A stretch of DNA of 64,000 nucleotides. Origin: Chiloscyllium plagiosum. Taxonomy: Eukaryota. Below the pieces are notes generated by a model that saw only the letters and a list, made by a program, of their open reading frames with translations, ran no database searches and was not told the origin of the DNA. The position numbers were made by a program, and so were the translations under genes. The DNA lies in assembly GCF_004010195.1 (NCBI RefSeq), contig NC_057718.1, positions 53,689,615 through 53,753,614 on the forward strand, written 5' to 3'. Each line of letters starts with the position of its first letter. The first letter of the stretch is position 1. Positions 1-11,616 of the stretch are shown one piece after another.

Positions 1-1055
1 GTCCTGTAAATGTAAGTTCACCCCTAAATTGACCAACAATGTGCATTTGTTCATTTGTATTATGATACTTCTATAGTGGTGAATTGAATGAATTATGTTA
101 CAAAGTGCCCTGTCAGCTTACGCTGTCATCCTCTCTACTGTGATTTACACAGTTCACAGCTGATTTTTAAAAAGGTTTTTGATGCTTGAGAAATCATTTA
201 AAAATAATTTAGCAATCTGCTTCATTACAAAGATTGCCATCCCTCTGCTTCGAAACTGAGAAGAGCAGCTGCTGTTCTATGCTTTTCAGAGAGTAGACTG
301 TTGTTTGGGCAGCTGTGGTTATTACAAATACTTCACCAAAACTTCAAACACTAATCAGCTTTCTCACAGTAAGTGTTACCTTCTTCTGAAAATAAACGTC
401 AATATCAAGAAGTTGTCATGACAGATTGTCCTTTTGACAGATGTGCATTCTGGTTGTTGTCTCAAGATAATAGGATTGAAAATTATACAAAGTTGGTTTC
501 ACACGTCAGATTGTATTTTTTTTTTCAGAATCAATTATATGAAAACTGTTTTTGTAGATGATAAAAGGTTTCTTTTTGCCCTCCCTTCAACAAAATATAA
601 TGCAGAATATTTCTCATCAACATTATCTGCAATCTGAAGACGGTAGACAGTGCACATCTGGTGAGTGACTATGGGGGGAATAAGGATGGCATGAAGTAAC
701 ACAAAGGATCTGATGGGATATGGTGGATACAGGAGTAGCAACATGGGCTGACATTGTGGTGAGGGCTAGGTAAAGGAGGAAGGGATTAGGTTTTGGGTGG
801 CCTTGAGACATTGTTATGAGCTGCAATTTCTTTGGTTTCGGAAACTAAGGTGGGTCATCTCCCCATTCCACCTTCTACAAGTGCCATCATCATGTACTGA
901 TCATACTGTCAAAAGACAAAAATAGTGTTAATGTTACACCTGCCATTTGTAAAGTATGAAAGTGCCCTCATCAGGTTTCCCCAAGCCCAGAGGAACTCTC
1001 CTTTGATTTCAGAATGTTACACCCTAACAGTCAAACCCATAAAATGGTCCCTTAA

Positions 1056-1523
1056 TAGACAATAGACAATAGACAATAGGTGCAGGAGTAGGCCATTCTG
1101 CCCTTCGAGTCTGCACCACCATTCAATATGATCATGGCTGATTATCCTTAATCAATATCCTGTTCCTGCCTTATCTCCATAACCCTTGATTCCACTATCC
1201 TTGAGAGCTTTATTCAACTCTTTCTTAAATGAATCCAGAGACTGGGCCTCCACTGCCCTCTGGGGCAGAGCATTCCACACAGCCACCACTCTCTGGGTGA
1301 AGAAGTTTCTCCTAAATGGTCTACCCCGTATTTTTAAGCTGTGTCCTCTGGTTCGGCACTCACCCATCAGCGGAAACATGTTTCCTGCCTCCAGAGTGTC
1401 CAATCCTTTAATAATCTTATATGTCTCAATCGGATCCCCTCTCAGTCTTCTAAACTCAAGAGTATACAACCCCAATCGCTCCAGTCTTTCAGCGTAAGGT
1501 AGTCCCGCCATTCCAGGAATTGA
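1056..1523 (-). mobile_element. CR1 LINE, 5'-truncated 3' fragment
   Basis: ORF2 C-terminus (LERLGLYTLEFRRLRGD..IETYKI..RNFFTQRVVAVWNALP); (CTATTGT)n tail; CCTTAA duplicated at 1050-1055 and 1524-1529. Confidence 0.92.
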
Positions 1524-1819
1524 CCTTAAGGAATGGGAGGGCAAATTCTACCAGTTCCTTGTCATGTTTTAGTATTATAATAGTTCTATAAATGTACATT
1601 TTTGCTCTTTTAGTTGAATGCACCATCCCAAAAGAAACAAAATGATGGGGAATTCTAGTTGGAGAATTAAACAGTGTCTGTATTGTCCTATTTCCCAAAG
1701 GGAGCCCAGAATCAGAAATTAAGGCTTTAACAGTGACCACCTTCATGTCCCTCTTTACATATTGGTGTCATGAAAATTAAATGTTGAAGACCTCACAGCA
1801 TGATTTATATTTACTCAAG

Positions 1820-2283
1820 ACAAGGATGTTGCCAGGGTTTGAGCTAGGGGAGAGGCTGAATGGGCTGGAGGTGTTTTCTCTGGAGCATTGGAGGCTGAGG
1901 GGTGACCTTATAGAGGTTTATAAAGTCATGAGGGGTGTGGTTAAGGTAAATAGACAAGGTCTTTTGCCTGAATTGGGGGAGTTCAGAATTAGAGGGCATA
2001 GGTTTAGGATGAGAGGGGTAAGATTTAAAATTGGTATAAGGGGCAAATCTTTCACAAAGAGGGTGGTGAGCATATGGAATGAGCTGCCAAAGGAAGTGGT
2101 GGAGGCTGGTACAAGTGCAGCATTTAAAAGGCATCTGGATGGGTGTATGAACTGGAAGAGTTTAGAGGGATATGGGCCAAGTGCTGGCAAATGGGACTAG
2201 ATTAATTTGGGATATCTGGTCGGCATGGACACGTTGGACCGAATGATCTGTTTCTGTGCTGTATATCTCTATGACTCTATGAC
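1820..2283 (+). mobile_element. CR1 LINE 3' fragment
   Basis: ORF2 C-terminus (RLRGDLIEVYKVMRG..FTKRVVSIWNELP) and (CTCTATGA)n tail. Confidence 0.92.
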
Positions 2284-3525
2284 AATGCAATTTCAAAACC
2301 TCTTCTCTTTAGTGTAACAAATTCCAATGAAGGAAAGACATCCAAAGATATAGAAAGTACAGTGCATATCTCATCAAGGAGATATTCTTTTTTAAGCTGC
2401 AAGTTACCAGAGATAGTTATTTCAGGAATTTTGTACATTTATGCTAATTCAGAACAATGATACATTCAGGAAACTCTCCTGCCTTGGTCTTTTGCACTTG
2501 GTGATGTGGACAGAGCCCTGTTACTGACTTAAATGAAATTTCAGTGGATGAAGTTGAGGGTTCAGAGGTTTATAAAATTGTGAGGGGCGTAAATAATTTG
2601 AATAACCAAGGTCTTTTCTCCAGGGTAAGTGATTCCAAACTGGAGGGCATAGGTTTTAGGTGAGAGGGGAATGATTTAAAAGGGACCTAAAGGGCAACTT
2701 TTTCATGCAGAGGGTGGTGTGTGTATGGAATGAGCTGCCAGAGGAGCAAGTTCAAAATCACACAACACCAGGTTATGGTCCAACAGGTTTATTTGGAAGC
2801 ACTAGTTTTCAAAGCGCTGCTCCTTCATCAGGTAGTTGTGAAGCAGGACCATAAGACACAGAATTTATAGCAAATGATTACAGTGTCATGCAACTGAAAT
2901 GGTACATTGAACAAACCTGGATTGTTATTAAGTCTTTTAGAATGGTTTGCAGGTTTTGGTTCATTAATATGTAAATCCCACAACTTATTTTAAGTCACTT
3001 TCTCAACATAACTTATGGTTTTATAACAAAAGGTGACACCTCAGCTCAGTCAATGCATTAAAGGTGTGAGGTTAGAGTCTGTCTGTAGCCCAATCTTGAG
3101 TCAGACTGATTCTATTTCCAAAGTAGGAATTTACAAAAAATCACATGGATTGACTGCCTGCACTGGCTGCCTGCAGATTGTGCATTTTTGAGCAAAATAG
3201 AATGCATCTGCAAATATAATTCTGCAAATACAAATCCACTCCATTGACTTACATGTGCCTGCGCATGCAGCAGTAAGAGAGAGAGTGTGTGCATGTGAGT
3301 GTGTGGGTGTGAGTGCACGTGAGAGAGAGTGTGTTTGCGTGTGTGAAAGCTTGGGAAAATGTGTGTGAGTGTGATGGGTTATAAGCCTATGAGACGGTGT
3401 GTGCGTGGGTGTGAGTATGGGGGGGTTTACGTGTGTGTGTATGAGAGAGAGCATATGTATGAGAGACAGCGTGTGTGTGTGTATGTATGAGAGACAGCGT
3501 GTGTATGTATGTGTGTGTGTGTGTG

Positions 3526-3680
3526 TGTGGGGTGCTAGAAAAGCACAGCAGGTCAGACAACATCTGAGGAGCAGGAGAATCGCTGTTTTGGGCATAAGCC
3601 TTTCAGCCTGACCTGCTGTGCTTTTCCAGCACCACACTTTCCACTCTGATGTCCAGCATCTGCAGTCCTCACTATCTCCC
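3526..3680. mobile_element. Short fold-back PLE pLTR insertion (family 1) nested in a (TG)n tract
   Basis: Arms AAAGCACAGCAGGTCAG and CTGACCTGCTGTGCTTT are reverse complements; ends with the family tail CCAGCATCTGCAGTCCTCAC. Confidence 0.8.
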
Positions 3681-5058
3681 TCTGTGTGTGTGTGTGTGTG
3701 AGAGAGAGTGTATAGTGTAGTGTGGTCACCTATAGTATGACATGAACCCAAGATCCCGGTTGAGGCCATCCCCATGGGTACTGAACTTAGCATCAGCCTC
3801 TGCTCAGCCACTTTGCATTGTTGCCTATCCCAAAGTCCACCTTGGAGGATGGTCACCTGAAGATCCAAGGCTGAATGTCCCTGACTGCTGAAGTGTTCCC
3901 CAACTGGAAGAGAACACCCCTGTCTGGTGATTGTTGCACGATGTCCATTCATTCATTGTCGTAGCATCTGCTTGGGGTCTCTAATGTAACACGCCTTGGG
4001 GCATCCTTGCCTGCAGTATATCAGATAGACAAATACGACCGGGTCACATGAGTATCTACTGCGTACACGCTGGGTGATGTCTCCATGCGTAATGGTGGTA
4101 CCTGAGTTGACACTGTGACACATCTTGCAGTGGTTGTCCTGACAGGATGGTACAGTGTTGTGGTCAATGTTTTTCTGAAGGCTGAGCAGTTTGCTGTGAA
4201 CTATCGTCTGTTTAAGGCTTGATGGCTGTTTAAACGTGAGAAGTAGAGGCATAGGGAAGGTCATGGTGAAATGCTCATCCTCACTGACAATGTGTTGCAG
4301 ACTGCGAAGAACATGGCGTACCTTTTTCAGCTCCCGGGAAGTACTGGACAATGAGGGGTACCCTATCAGTTGCATCCCATGTCTGTATCCTGAGAAGGTC
4401 ATTACGGCTTCTCACTGTGGAACATCAGAATTGGCGATCGATGAGTTGAGCGTCGTACGCCGTTCTTATGAGGGCTTCCTTGAGCACCTACGCACACACC
4501 CTCTCAAAGGTCTATACTCCATCACACCCACACACACACTTTCCCAAGCTTTCATACACGCAAACACACATTCTCATGTGCACTCACACTCACATGCACG
4601 CACTCATTCTCTCTCTCTGAAGCATGCACACGCACATATAAGTAGATGGGGTGAATTTGTATTTGCAGAATTATATTTGCAGATGCATTCTATTTTACTC
4701 AAAAGTGCACAATCTACAGGCAGTCAATGCAGGCAGTCAATCCATGTAATATTTTGTAATTCCACTTTGGAAATAGAACCAGTCTGACTCAAGATTGGGA
4801 TACAATCTGACTCTAACCTTACACCTATAATGCATTGTCTGAGCTGAGATGTCACCTTTTGTTATAAAACCTTAAGTTATGTTGAGAAGGTAACTTAAAA
4901 GAAGTTCTGGAATTTACATATTATTGAACTGAAACCTAAAACCCATTCTAAAAGATGAAAACTCAACAACAATCCAGATTTGTTCAATATATCATTTCAG
5001 TTGCATGACACGGTAATCATTTGCTATAGATTCTATGTCTTATGGTCTTATATTCCAC

Positions 5059-5099
5059 AAGCACCTGGTGAAGGAGCAGCGCTCTGAAAGCTCGTGCTT
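5059..5099 (+). ncRNA. Minimal hammerhead ribozyme motif with one core mismatch, in a PLE pLTR
   Basis: AAGCAC-CTGGTGA-AGGAGC-AGC-GCTCT-GAAA-GC-TC-GTGCTT: 6-bp stem I, stem II and AGCT palindrome; core reads CTGGTGA instead of CTGATGA. Confidence 0.65.
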
Positions 5100-5961
5100 C
5101 CAAATAAACCTGTTGGACTATAACCTGGTATTGTGTGATTTTTAACTTTGTCCACCCCAGTCCAACACTGGCTCCTCCACATCACTGCCTAAGGACCTGA
5201 TAGAGACTGGTACATTTACAACATTTAAAAAACACCTGGATGGGTATATGAATAGGATGGGTTTAGAGAGATGTGGGCCAAATGCTGGCAAATGGGACTA
5301 GATTAATTTAGGACATCTAGTCAGCATGGACAAGTTGGACTGAAGGGTCTGTTTCCATGCTCTACATCTTTATAACTTTGTGACTCTACGTTGGATGTAT
5401 GCAAACAATAAAAAGAGTTCACACACACTAGTGTTTTGGTTTAACCCTCGCATAAATCATTTATGCCAAAATTTAGTGAAAAATGTCATGTTTCCAGTCT
5501 CACCCTTAAAGTTGAGGCAAAACGCTCCATTTTTTTTGGAATTAAATGTGAGAATGCATCAGCTTTGCTTTCAATTTGGGCTTTGAGTACAAATTTTTGG
5601 AAAACTTATAAACCTACTATTGAAATACTAGCTTTGTGCAATCAGAAACAAAAGCGTTCATTGCAGGGATTAACTCCAATGAAGATCAATTCTGATAAAA
5701 CTACATGTAGTTTCATCAAGACATAAGCTTGTATCACACTTATACTTGTAATAGAATTTAGAAAACTGTAATATAAATATGATAAATTTTAAAACATTTG
5801 TAGTTACTGATTCCAGAATATAATCCACTGAGGAATATCTAAAATGCGCATCATTTTTATAACAATGATCTATTGGCTGATTGAAATGTAGCAAATGATT
5901 CATTGAATTCAATATCAAGCACAGGAATCTTTTTTTGTCTTTGGTCTTTTTATTTTATTTA

Positions 5962-6185
5962 AGATTTGTGTTTGAGTCTGGAATTCTATATAATGGAAAT
6001 AAACAGATTGTGGCCCAGTATAATGCAATTCCCAATATAATGAATATTTCATTACATGGTGCCAGTTTACTTGGATCCTTCAGAGGGATGACGTTAATGG
6101 CTTTAAAAGATTTGCAATTCAGAGTACACAAAAACTTGACTGTGGAATAATTGAGCACTGCGATAGTGAGTAGTCAGCAGAAGGC
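5962..6185 (+). mobile_element. Possible highly decayed Gypsy integrase zinc-binding region
   Basis: SGILYNGNKQIV..IMNISLHG..G..GMTLMA resembles the GILL.G.RIVIP..IL..LH..H.G..M..LA pattern. Confidence 0.3.
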
Positions 6186-6416
6186 TAGGAGTGCGAATTA
6201 ATTTTTAATTTTCCTCTGAAAAAAATTTCCACTCAGATAAACCTATGCCATCACCATTTCTTTTAAAAATAAATAAATACTGATGTGTGAATACCTGAAT
6301 GTTTGTTTCAAATGAACTCCCAGTGAAAATATTTAGAAATGGATAAAGAGGAGTAAATATTGTATTTTACATTAGCAGTTTGGACCTCTTAATGGCAAAG
6401 TTCAGTCATTTATCAC

Positions 6417-7035
6417 TAGAATCATAAAGTGATATAGATCAGAAGGAAGTCATTTGACCCGTCCTGCTTTGTGCCAGTTCTTTGGTGAGAAAATCCAACT
6501 AGTTGCACTCTTCTGTTATTTTCCAATTGCTCAAAATGTATTTTTCTTTGCAGTATTCATGTATTGAAAAATGTGTTGCTGGAAAAGCGCAGCAGGTCAG
6601 GCAGCATCCAAGGAGCAGGAGAATCGATGTTTCGGGCATAAGCCCTTCTTCAGGAAAGGCTTCCTGAAGGAAAGGCTTCAGGATTATGCCCGAAACGTCA
6701 ATTCTCCTGCTCCTTGGATGCTGCCTGACCTGCTGCGCTTTTCCAGCACCACATTTTTCAGCTCTGATCTCCAGCATCTGCAATCCTCACTTTCTCCTAG
6801 TATTCATGTATTTCCTGTTGAAAGTTATGACTGAATCTGCTTCCACCGTCATTGAAAAACATTTTCCAGGTCACAACAATTTGCTGCATAATAGGTTTTG
6901 AAATCTTCATGTCTCTTTTCTGGATTCTTTCTTACCTTTGCATCTTATGGGTATCCACCCTTCTGCCACTGGAAAATTTCTCCTTATTGTTCCTTATCAT
7001 TTTAAGGGCCTCCATTAAATCTCCAAGGAGAACAA
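6417..7035 (-). mobile_element. Old CR1-like LINE 3' fragment, interrupted by a PLE palindrome
   Basis: TAGAATCATA-type tail and degenerate CR1 3' sequence on both sides of the 6566-6798 insertion. Confidence 0.55.
6566..6798. mobile_element. Fold-back PLE pLTR palindrome (family 1) with 14-bp TSD
   Basis: Inverted arms; AGTATTCATGTATT at 6552-6565 and 6799-6812; minus-strand CTGAAGAAGGGCTTATGCCCGAAACATC hammerhead motif. Confidence 0.9.
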
Positions 7036-8214
7036 CATTAGCTTTTCCACTCTTCCTCTCCTACATTAAATTCCAATTGGCATGCATCAGTCCAATTGTT
7101 TTAGATATACATTAAAGGATGTACTTCTGAAGTCTATCATTATCGTCCTCATTGTTTTTAGATTCCTGAATTGCATACCTTAACATATATCAATTAATAC
7201 TGGCCCCTGGGGAAGTCCCTCTCTAACAGCAACAGAGCTGGCATGGCGAGGAGGTATTCTACCTGCCTTGCCCCATTCTCCCCTCCTTTTACCCCCTCCT
7301 CAATCTCCCCATTCCCAAGTGGAAGCCCCAAGGGCTGTTCCACTTCAAGGAGGCAGCTGACGACCATCCTCAAGGGTGATTAACAATGGTCAGTAATGTT
7401 GGTCCAGCCAGTGATGACCATATCCCATGAACATCATGATCACCTCTAGTATTAAAAACAACCTTTCATCATTACTTGCTGTCTTCTCTTAGCCAATTTC
7501 ACATCCATGCTGCTATTATCTTTTAAAGCTCATAGACTTCAAGTTTAATATCTGGTACTTCATACATTTACAATCTCACCTAAATTACCCTCATTATTTC
7601 ATCAAGCTGCCACTGTCCCTTTAATCCCTATAGGATTAAATTATGCATTAGTCTATTTTGCGGTATATTCTCCATGCACATTACTAACCGCATTAACCTT
7701 ATTAACTTCCTCCATTACTTCATCAAAAAACTGAGTTACGTTAATCAAATCCTTTAACAAATCCTTGCAGACTTTCATTTATTAGACACCTTTTCAAAAT
7801 ACTAAATAATTCTGCTCAAGTTATTATTTATAAAGATTTCCCATCACTGATATTCAGCTGATCGGCCTGTGATTATCAGACTTATCCCTTTTTGTCTCTT
7901 CATTCGCAGTGAGATGGTAATATTTGCAATCATCCAGTCCTCTAGCCTGATTCCAATACCTACAGAGAATTGAAAGATTGTGGTCAGAGCTTCAAGTTCC
8001 AACATTAGTGTGCTCACCAACCAAAATACGTGCTATTCAGATAAGGTGATGTTTCTAATTTAAATAATGCTAATTTTTAAGTATCTTCTCTTCATTTTCA
8101 TTCACTTTTATTTCATTACATATTTCTCTTATCTTCTTGTTTACTGCTTTCATTGGCAGCATCTTTGGGGAAGGTAAATGGGTGATATTAATTTAGTACC
8201 TCAGCCACGCCATC

Positions 8215-8890
8215 ACAGAATTGCAGAATAGTTATGCAGCAGGAGGCCATTTTGTCCCTCTAATTACAACAGCCCTCCAAGTGAGCACTATGACGTTCTC
8301 TTGCCTTTTCCCCAGAACCCTGCACATTGGATTAATTTCTGAATGGAAACAATGCCCTATTGAATGCCTCAATTGAAGTTGTTTCTACTACACTTTCAGG
8401 CTGCGCACTCAGACCCGAGCTACTTGTTCAAAAATATCTTTTCTTCTCACATTGCCTTCATTTCTTTTTGCAATTTACTTTAAATCGATGTTTTCCAATT
8501 CCCGATCCCTTTACAAGTAGGAACATTTTCTCCCAATACAAACTCCTCCTGATTTTGAAAGGAATCAAACCTCCTCATAGTCTTCCCCTCTCCAAAGTAG
8601 ACCAGAAAAGTTGTGTCTACCTTTGTAAGTGAAGTTTCTCATCTATAGAATTATTCTTGTAAACCTTCTCTGCGCTGTCTCCAATGTGTTCACATCCTCT
8701 CTAAAATGTGATGCCTGATAGGGTTAATCTGTTCAATACTCCAGCTGAGGTCTAACTAGTGTCCGACACAAGATCATCATTGCCTCCTTTCTCCAGGACT
8801 CTATATTCCCCTATTAAAAAAGCCTTGGAAGATTTAACTTCTTATTGCACATATATGGCAAATTTTAATTACATATGCACATATGCATCC
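8215..8890 (-). mobile_element. Old CR1 LINE 3' fragment
   Basis: Degenerate CR1 3' sequence (reverse of LVRP.LEY..Q and the 3' UTR). Confidence 0.6.
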
Positions 8891-8990
8891 AAGAGTGTCT
8901 TTTTCAATGAATTGTAGAATCATTGAATCAGACTGTTACAAAAAAGGTTCTTAGATCTATCAAATCTGTAACACCAAAGATATACTACTT

Positions 8991-9474
8991 CAGCAAACTT
9001 TTTTTATTATCCAGCAACTCTGGGACCAGGACTGTGTCAATTTATCTAATATTCTGGATAATCAAGCGGTCCATATAATCAATGTAAAACACAAATTAAG
9101 TAATAGAAACATAATGCAGGGGTTATACACATCACTGTTATACTTTATTTATGTCATAAATCACTCTAATGATGCAACTTTGATTTAAATTAAACTTACT
9201 GGCAAAGAGCGTTCTCACTTGTGCCCTCAGCTAACGATTCAGACATTGTGGTAGATCACAGTTTTTGAGGAGAAATTGACTGAAACTTAAACCAACTATT
9301 GACATTTCATGTGGTCATTCGATCGAACAACAAGTAGATTTACATTGAAGTAAATACATTTTAAAACCTATAAGAATTGTACAGAATAATGTAATAAACT
9401 TTGAGATACATCATTTTTGCCAGATTATCAAGAGTGCTGGTTTACAAGGTACCGGTTAAGACAAACTTTGCTGA
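8991..9474. mobile_element. Possible decayed Tigger/TcMar-like non-autonomous DNA element
   Basis: Imperfect inverted termini CAGCAAAC...CTTTGCTG with subterminal TTATCCAGCA / CTGGATAATC / CCAGATTATC repeats. Confidence 0.4.
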
Positions 9475-10215
9475 ACCGACATTAACCCCACTTTCCCACA
9501 TTAGCCCCATAGCCTTGAAAGTGCCATCCAAATACTTTTTAAAGCTTGTGAGTTTTCCCAACTCAACTACCATCCAGAGCAATGCATTCCAGATTCCCAG
9601 TACCCTCTGAGCGAAAATATTTTTCCTCAAATCCCCTTGAAACCTCCTGCCTTTCTCATTAAAATTATTGGCCCTTGTTAGTGACCCTTCAACTGAGGGG
9701 AACAGCTGCTTTCTACTCACCCTGTCTATGTCCTTCATAACCTTATACATCCCTATTAGGTTCATCCTCAATCTTTCCTGCTTCAAAGAAAACAAACTGA
9801 GCTTCTCCAGCCTCTCTTCACATCTGAAATGTCCCATCCACGGCAATATCCTGGTGAATTTGCTTTGCATCCCCTCCACTGCAATCCCATCCTTCCTCCA
9901 GTGTAGTGACCAGAACTGTATACAATACTGCAGCTGTGGCTTAACAGAAGTGCTGTACAGCTCCAACAGGACCCCCCTGCTCTTATAACATATGCCATGA
10001 CTGACAAAGGCAAGTATCCCATATGCTTTCTTAACCATCCTATTCAACTGTCCTGCCATTTTCAGGAATCTGTGGACAAGCAGTCCAAGACCCCTCTGGT
10101 CCTATGAGCTTCCCAGTACCTTGTCATTCATTGAGTACTCCCTTGTCTTGTTCCTTCTTCTAAAGTTCATCACCTAACATTTATCAGGGTTAAATTCCAC
10201 CTGCCATTGACCAAT
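9475..10215 (-). mobile_element. CR1 LINE 3' fragment
   Basis: ORF 9442-10059: VKKAYGILAF..LYSTSVKPQLQYCIQFWS..FAQRVLGIWNAL. Confidence 0.9.
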
Positions 10216-10411
10216 GCACAATGCACCTCCTGCACATTCTTTGAAGTAGTTGTGTTTAGTTTATACTGAGTCTGTGTGTACTTTCATCTTTCATTATCTC
10301 ACGTTTTTCCACATGGAACTTCATCTGCCATGTCAATGCCTTCAATTTCTTATAGTTACCAATATTTCCAAGTTTTATATCATCCTAAAGTTTTGAAAAT
10401 ATTACCTGTAG

Positions 10412-10623
10412 ACCTAGATCTAATTAAATATGTATCAGGAAAGGGAAAGGTCCCAGTGCTGAACCCAAGAAACCCCATTATAAAACTTCCCACAACCTTT
10501 CTAAAACATTTCTATGGTTCCCTTATGCTAACCTAGATCTAATTAAATATATATCAGGAAAGGCAAAGGTCCCAGTGCTGAACCCAAGAAACCCCATTAC
10601 AAAACTTCTATGGTTCCCTTTAT
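10412..10623. repeat. Local tandem duplication (119-bp unit; second copy internally deleted)
   Basis: ACCTAGATCTAATTAAATAT...AAAACTTC at 10412 and 10531, each followed by TTCTATGGTTCCCTTAT. Confidence 0.9.
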
Positions 10624-11242
10624 TCTCACCTTCTGTCTCTTTGACATGTTATCTTTTGCATATTATTTTTTTGTTGTATTCAGTTTAGTAGTATTATAAA
10701 CCTTACATTTATCATAGGCCTCCCTTTTTTGTTTCACTTTAATTCCTATATGCTTATCACCTTGAAAACAATCAGTGCAAATTGTACCCAAATTTGTGAT
10801 GGTTTTAAAAAGTAAGCTTTTTTTGCTCAAGTTTCCATTCAAATCCATTGCTATTCATAGGAAGTATAATTTCCCTGAACCAATGCAATCAGACAGCATT
10901 TTAATGCATAATTTCTCAGCTGCAGTCAATGGAAAAGAGCAGCCACTTGAGTTCTGAAACAATGAACAGAACTTGAACAAACCAAACTACTTGGACTGGG
11001 GAAAACAAATTCATGATGATTGCAACTGAAATTTTAACTCAGCCTTGACATTAGCATCTGCTTCTCAACTTCACTTTGGATCACCGTTTGTTGGTGTGAT
11101 GATGAATACTGCCTATCAATTGCAGGATGTCTATTGAAATGGACCATGGCAGGATTCAGAATGGCCCATTTCACTTCTCTCTCGAAGCATACATCAAGAC
11201 GACTGGAAACGTACTGTGGGAAGGCTGCCACCTCTCCCATCT

Positions 11243-11452
11243 CCCAGTTCCCTGAAGCTTCTTTGGCATTCATGCTATAAGAGCCTGCAGAGCAGCAATA
11301 TTCCCAAAGACAGAAGGAAGAAGCCAGTCCTACAAATTAAACAGATGAGGTTGGAAATAGCTGAGAGTCAGTAAGCAGGAGAGCAGGCCCTCCCAGCTGA
11401 AATCAGTGCCACAAAACACTGACCTCCATGATCTCAGAGATGTAAGAAAGGT
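11243..11452 (+). mobile_element. Decayed Myb/SANT-like ORF of a PIF/Harbinger transposon
   Basis: Frameshifted PQFPEASL..IFPKDRRKKP..LEIAE..VS..QCHK..DL pattern ending at AAG|GTAAGA. Confidence 0.45.
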
Positions 11453-11495
11453 AAGAGGCATCTAATATTCAAACCTCACATGCTGAAAGCATCAG

Positions 11496-11616
11496 TCCTG
11501 AAGAAGGGTCACTGGACCCAAAATGTTCTCTCCATGGAGGCTGCCAGATCTGCTGAGTTTCTCCAGCAATTTCTCCTCTGTTTTTTGATTTCCAACATTC
11601 ATAGTTCTTTGATTCT
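11496..11616 (+). mobile_element. PLE pLTR fragment (family 3) with degenerate hammerhead
   Basis: CTGAAGA-AGGGTC-ACTG-GACCC-AAAA-TGTT followed by GCTGCCAGATCTGCTGAGTTTCTCCAGCAATTTC; related to 25257-25427. Confidence 0.65.

Larger units (their letters stand above)
2747..5184 (-). mobile_element. Penelope-like element (family 2) with inverted pLTR arms; decayed GIY-YIG endonuclease on the minus strand
   Basis: Minus-strand VYLIYCRQGCPKACYIRDPKQMLRQ*MNGHR (GIY-YIG-like); about 4480-5150 is an inverted copy of the left arm; degenerate TSD CTGCCAGAGGAG/CTGCCTAAGGAC. Confidence 0.88.
2560..5388 (+). mobile_element. CR1 3' fragment split by a Penelope-like insertion (pieces about 2560-2746 and 5185-5388)
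   Basis: VWNELPEE motif stops at 2746 and CR1 sequence resumes at 5185, colinear with the 1820-2283 copy. Confidence 0.85.

Noticed and set aside
3131..3952. 273-aa His/Thr-rich ORF
   Set aside because: PLE C-terminus read through a (CA)n microsatellite and a nested palindrome
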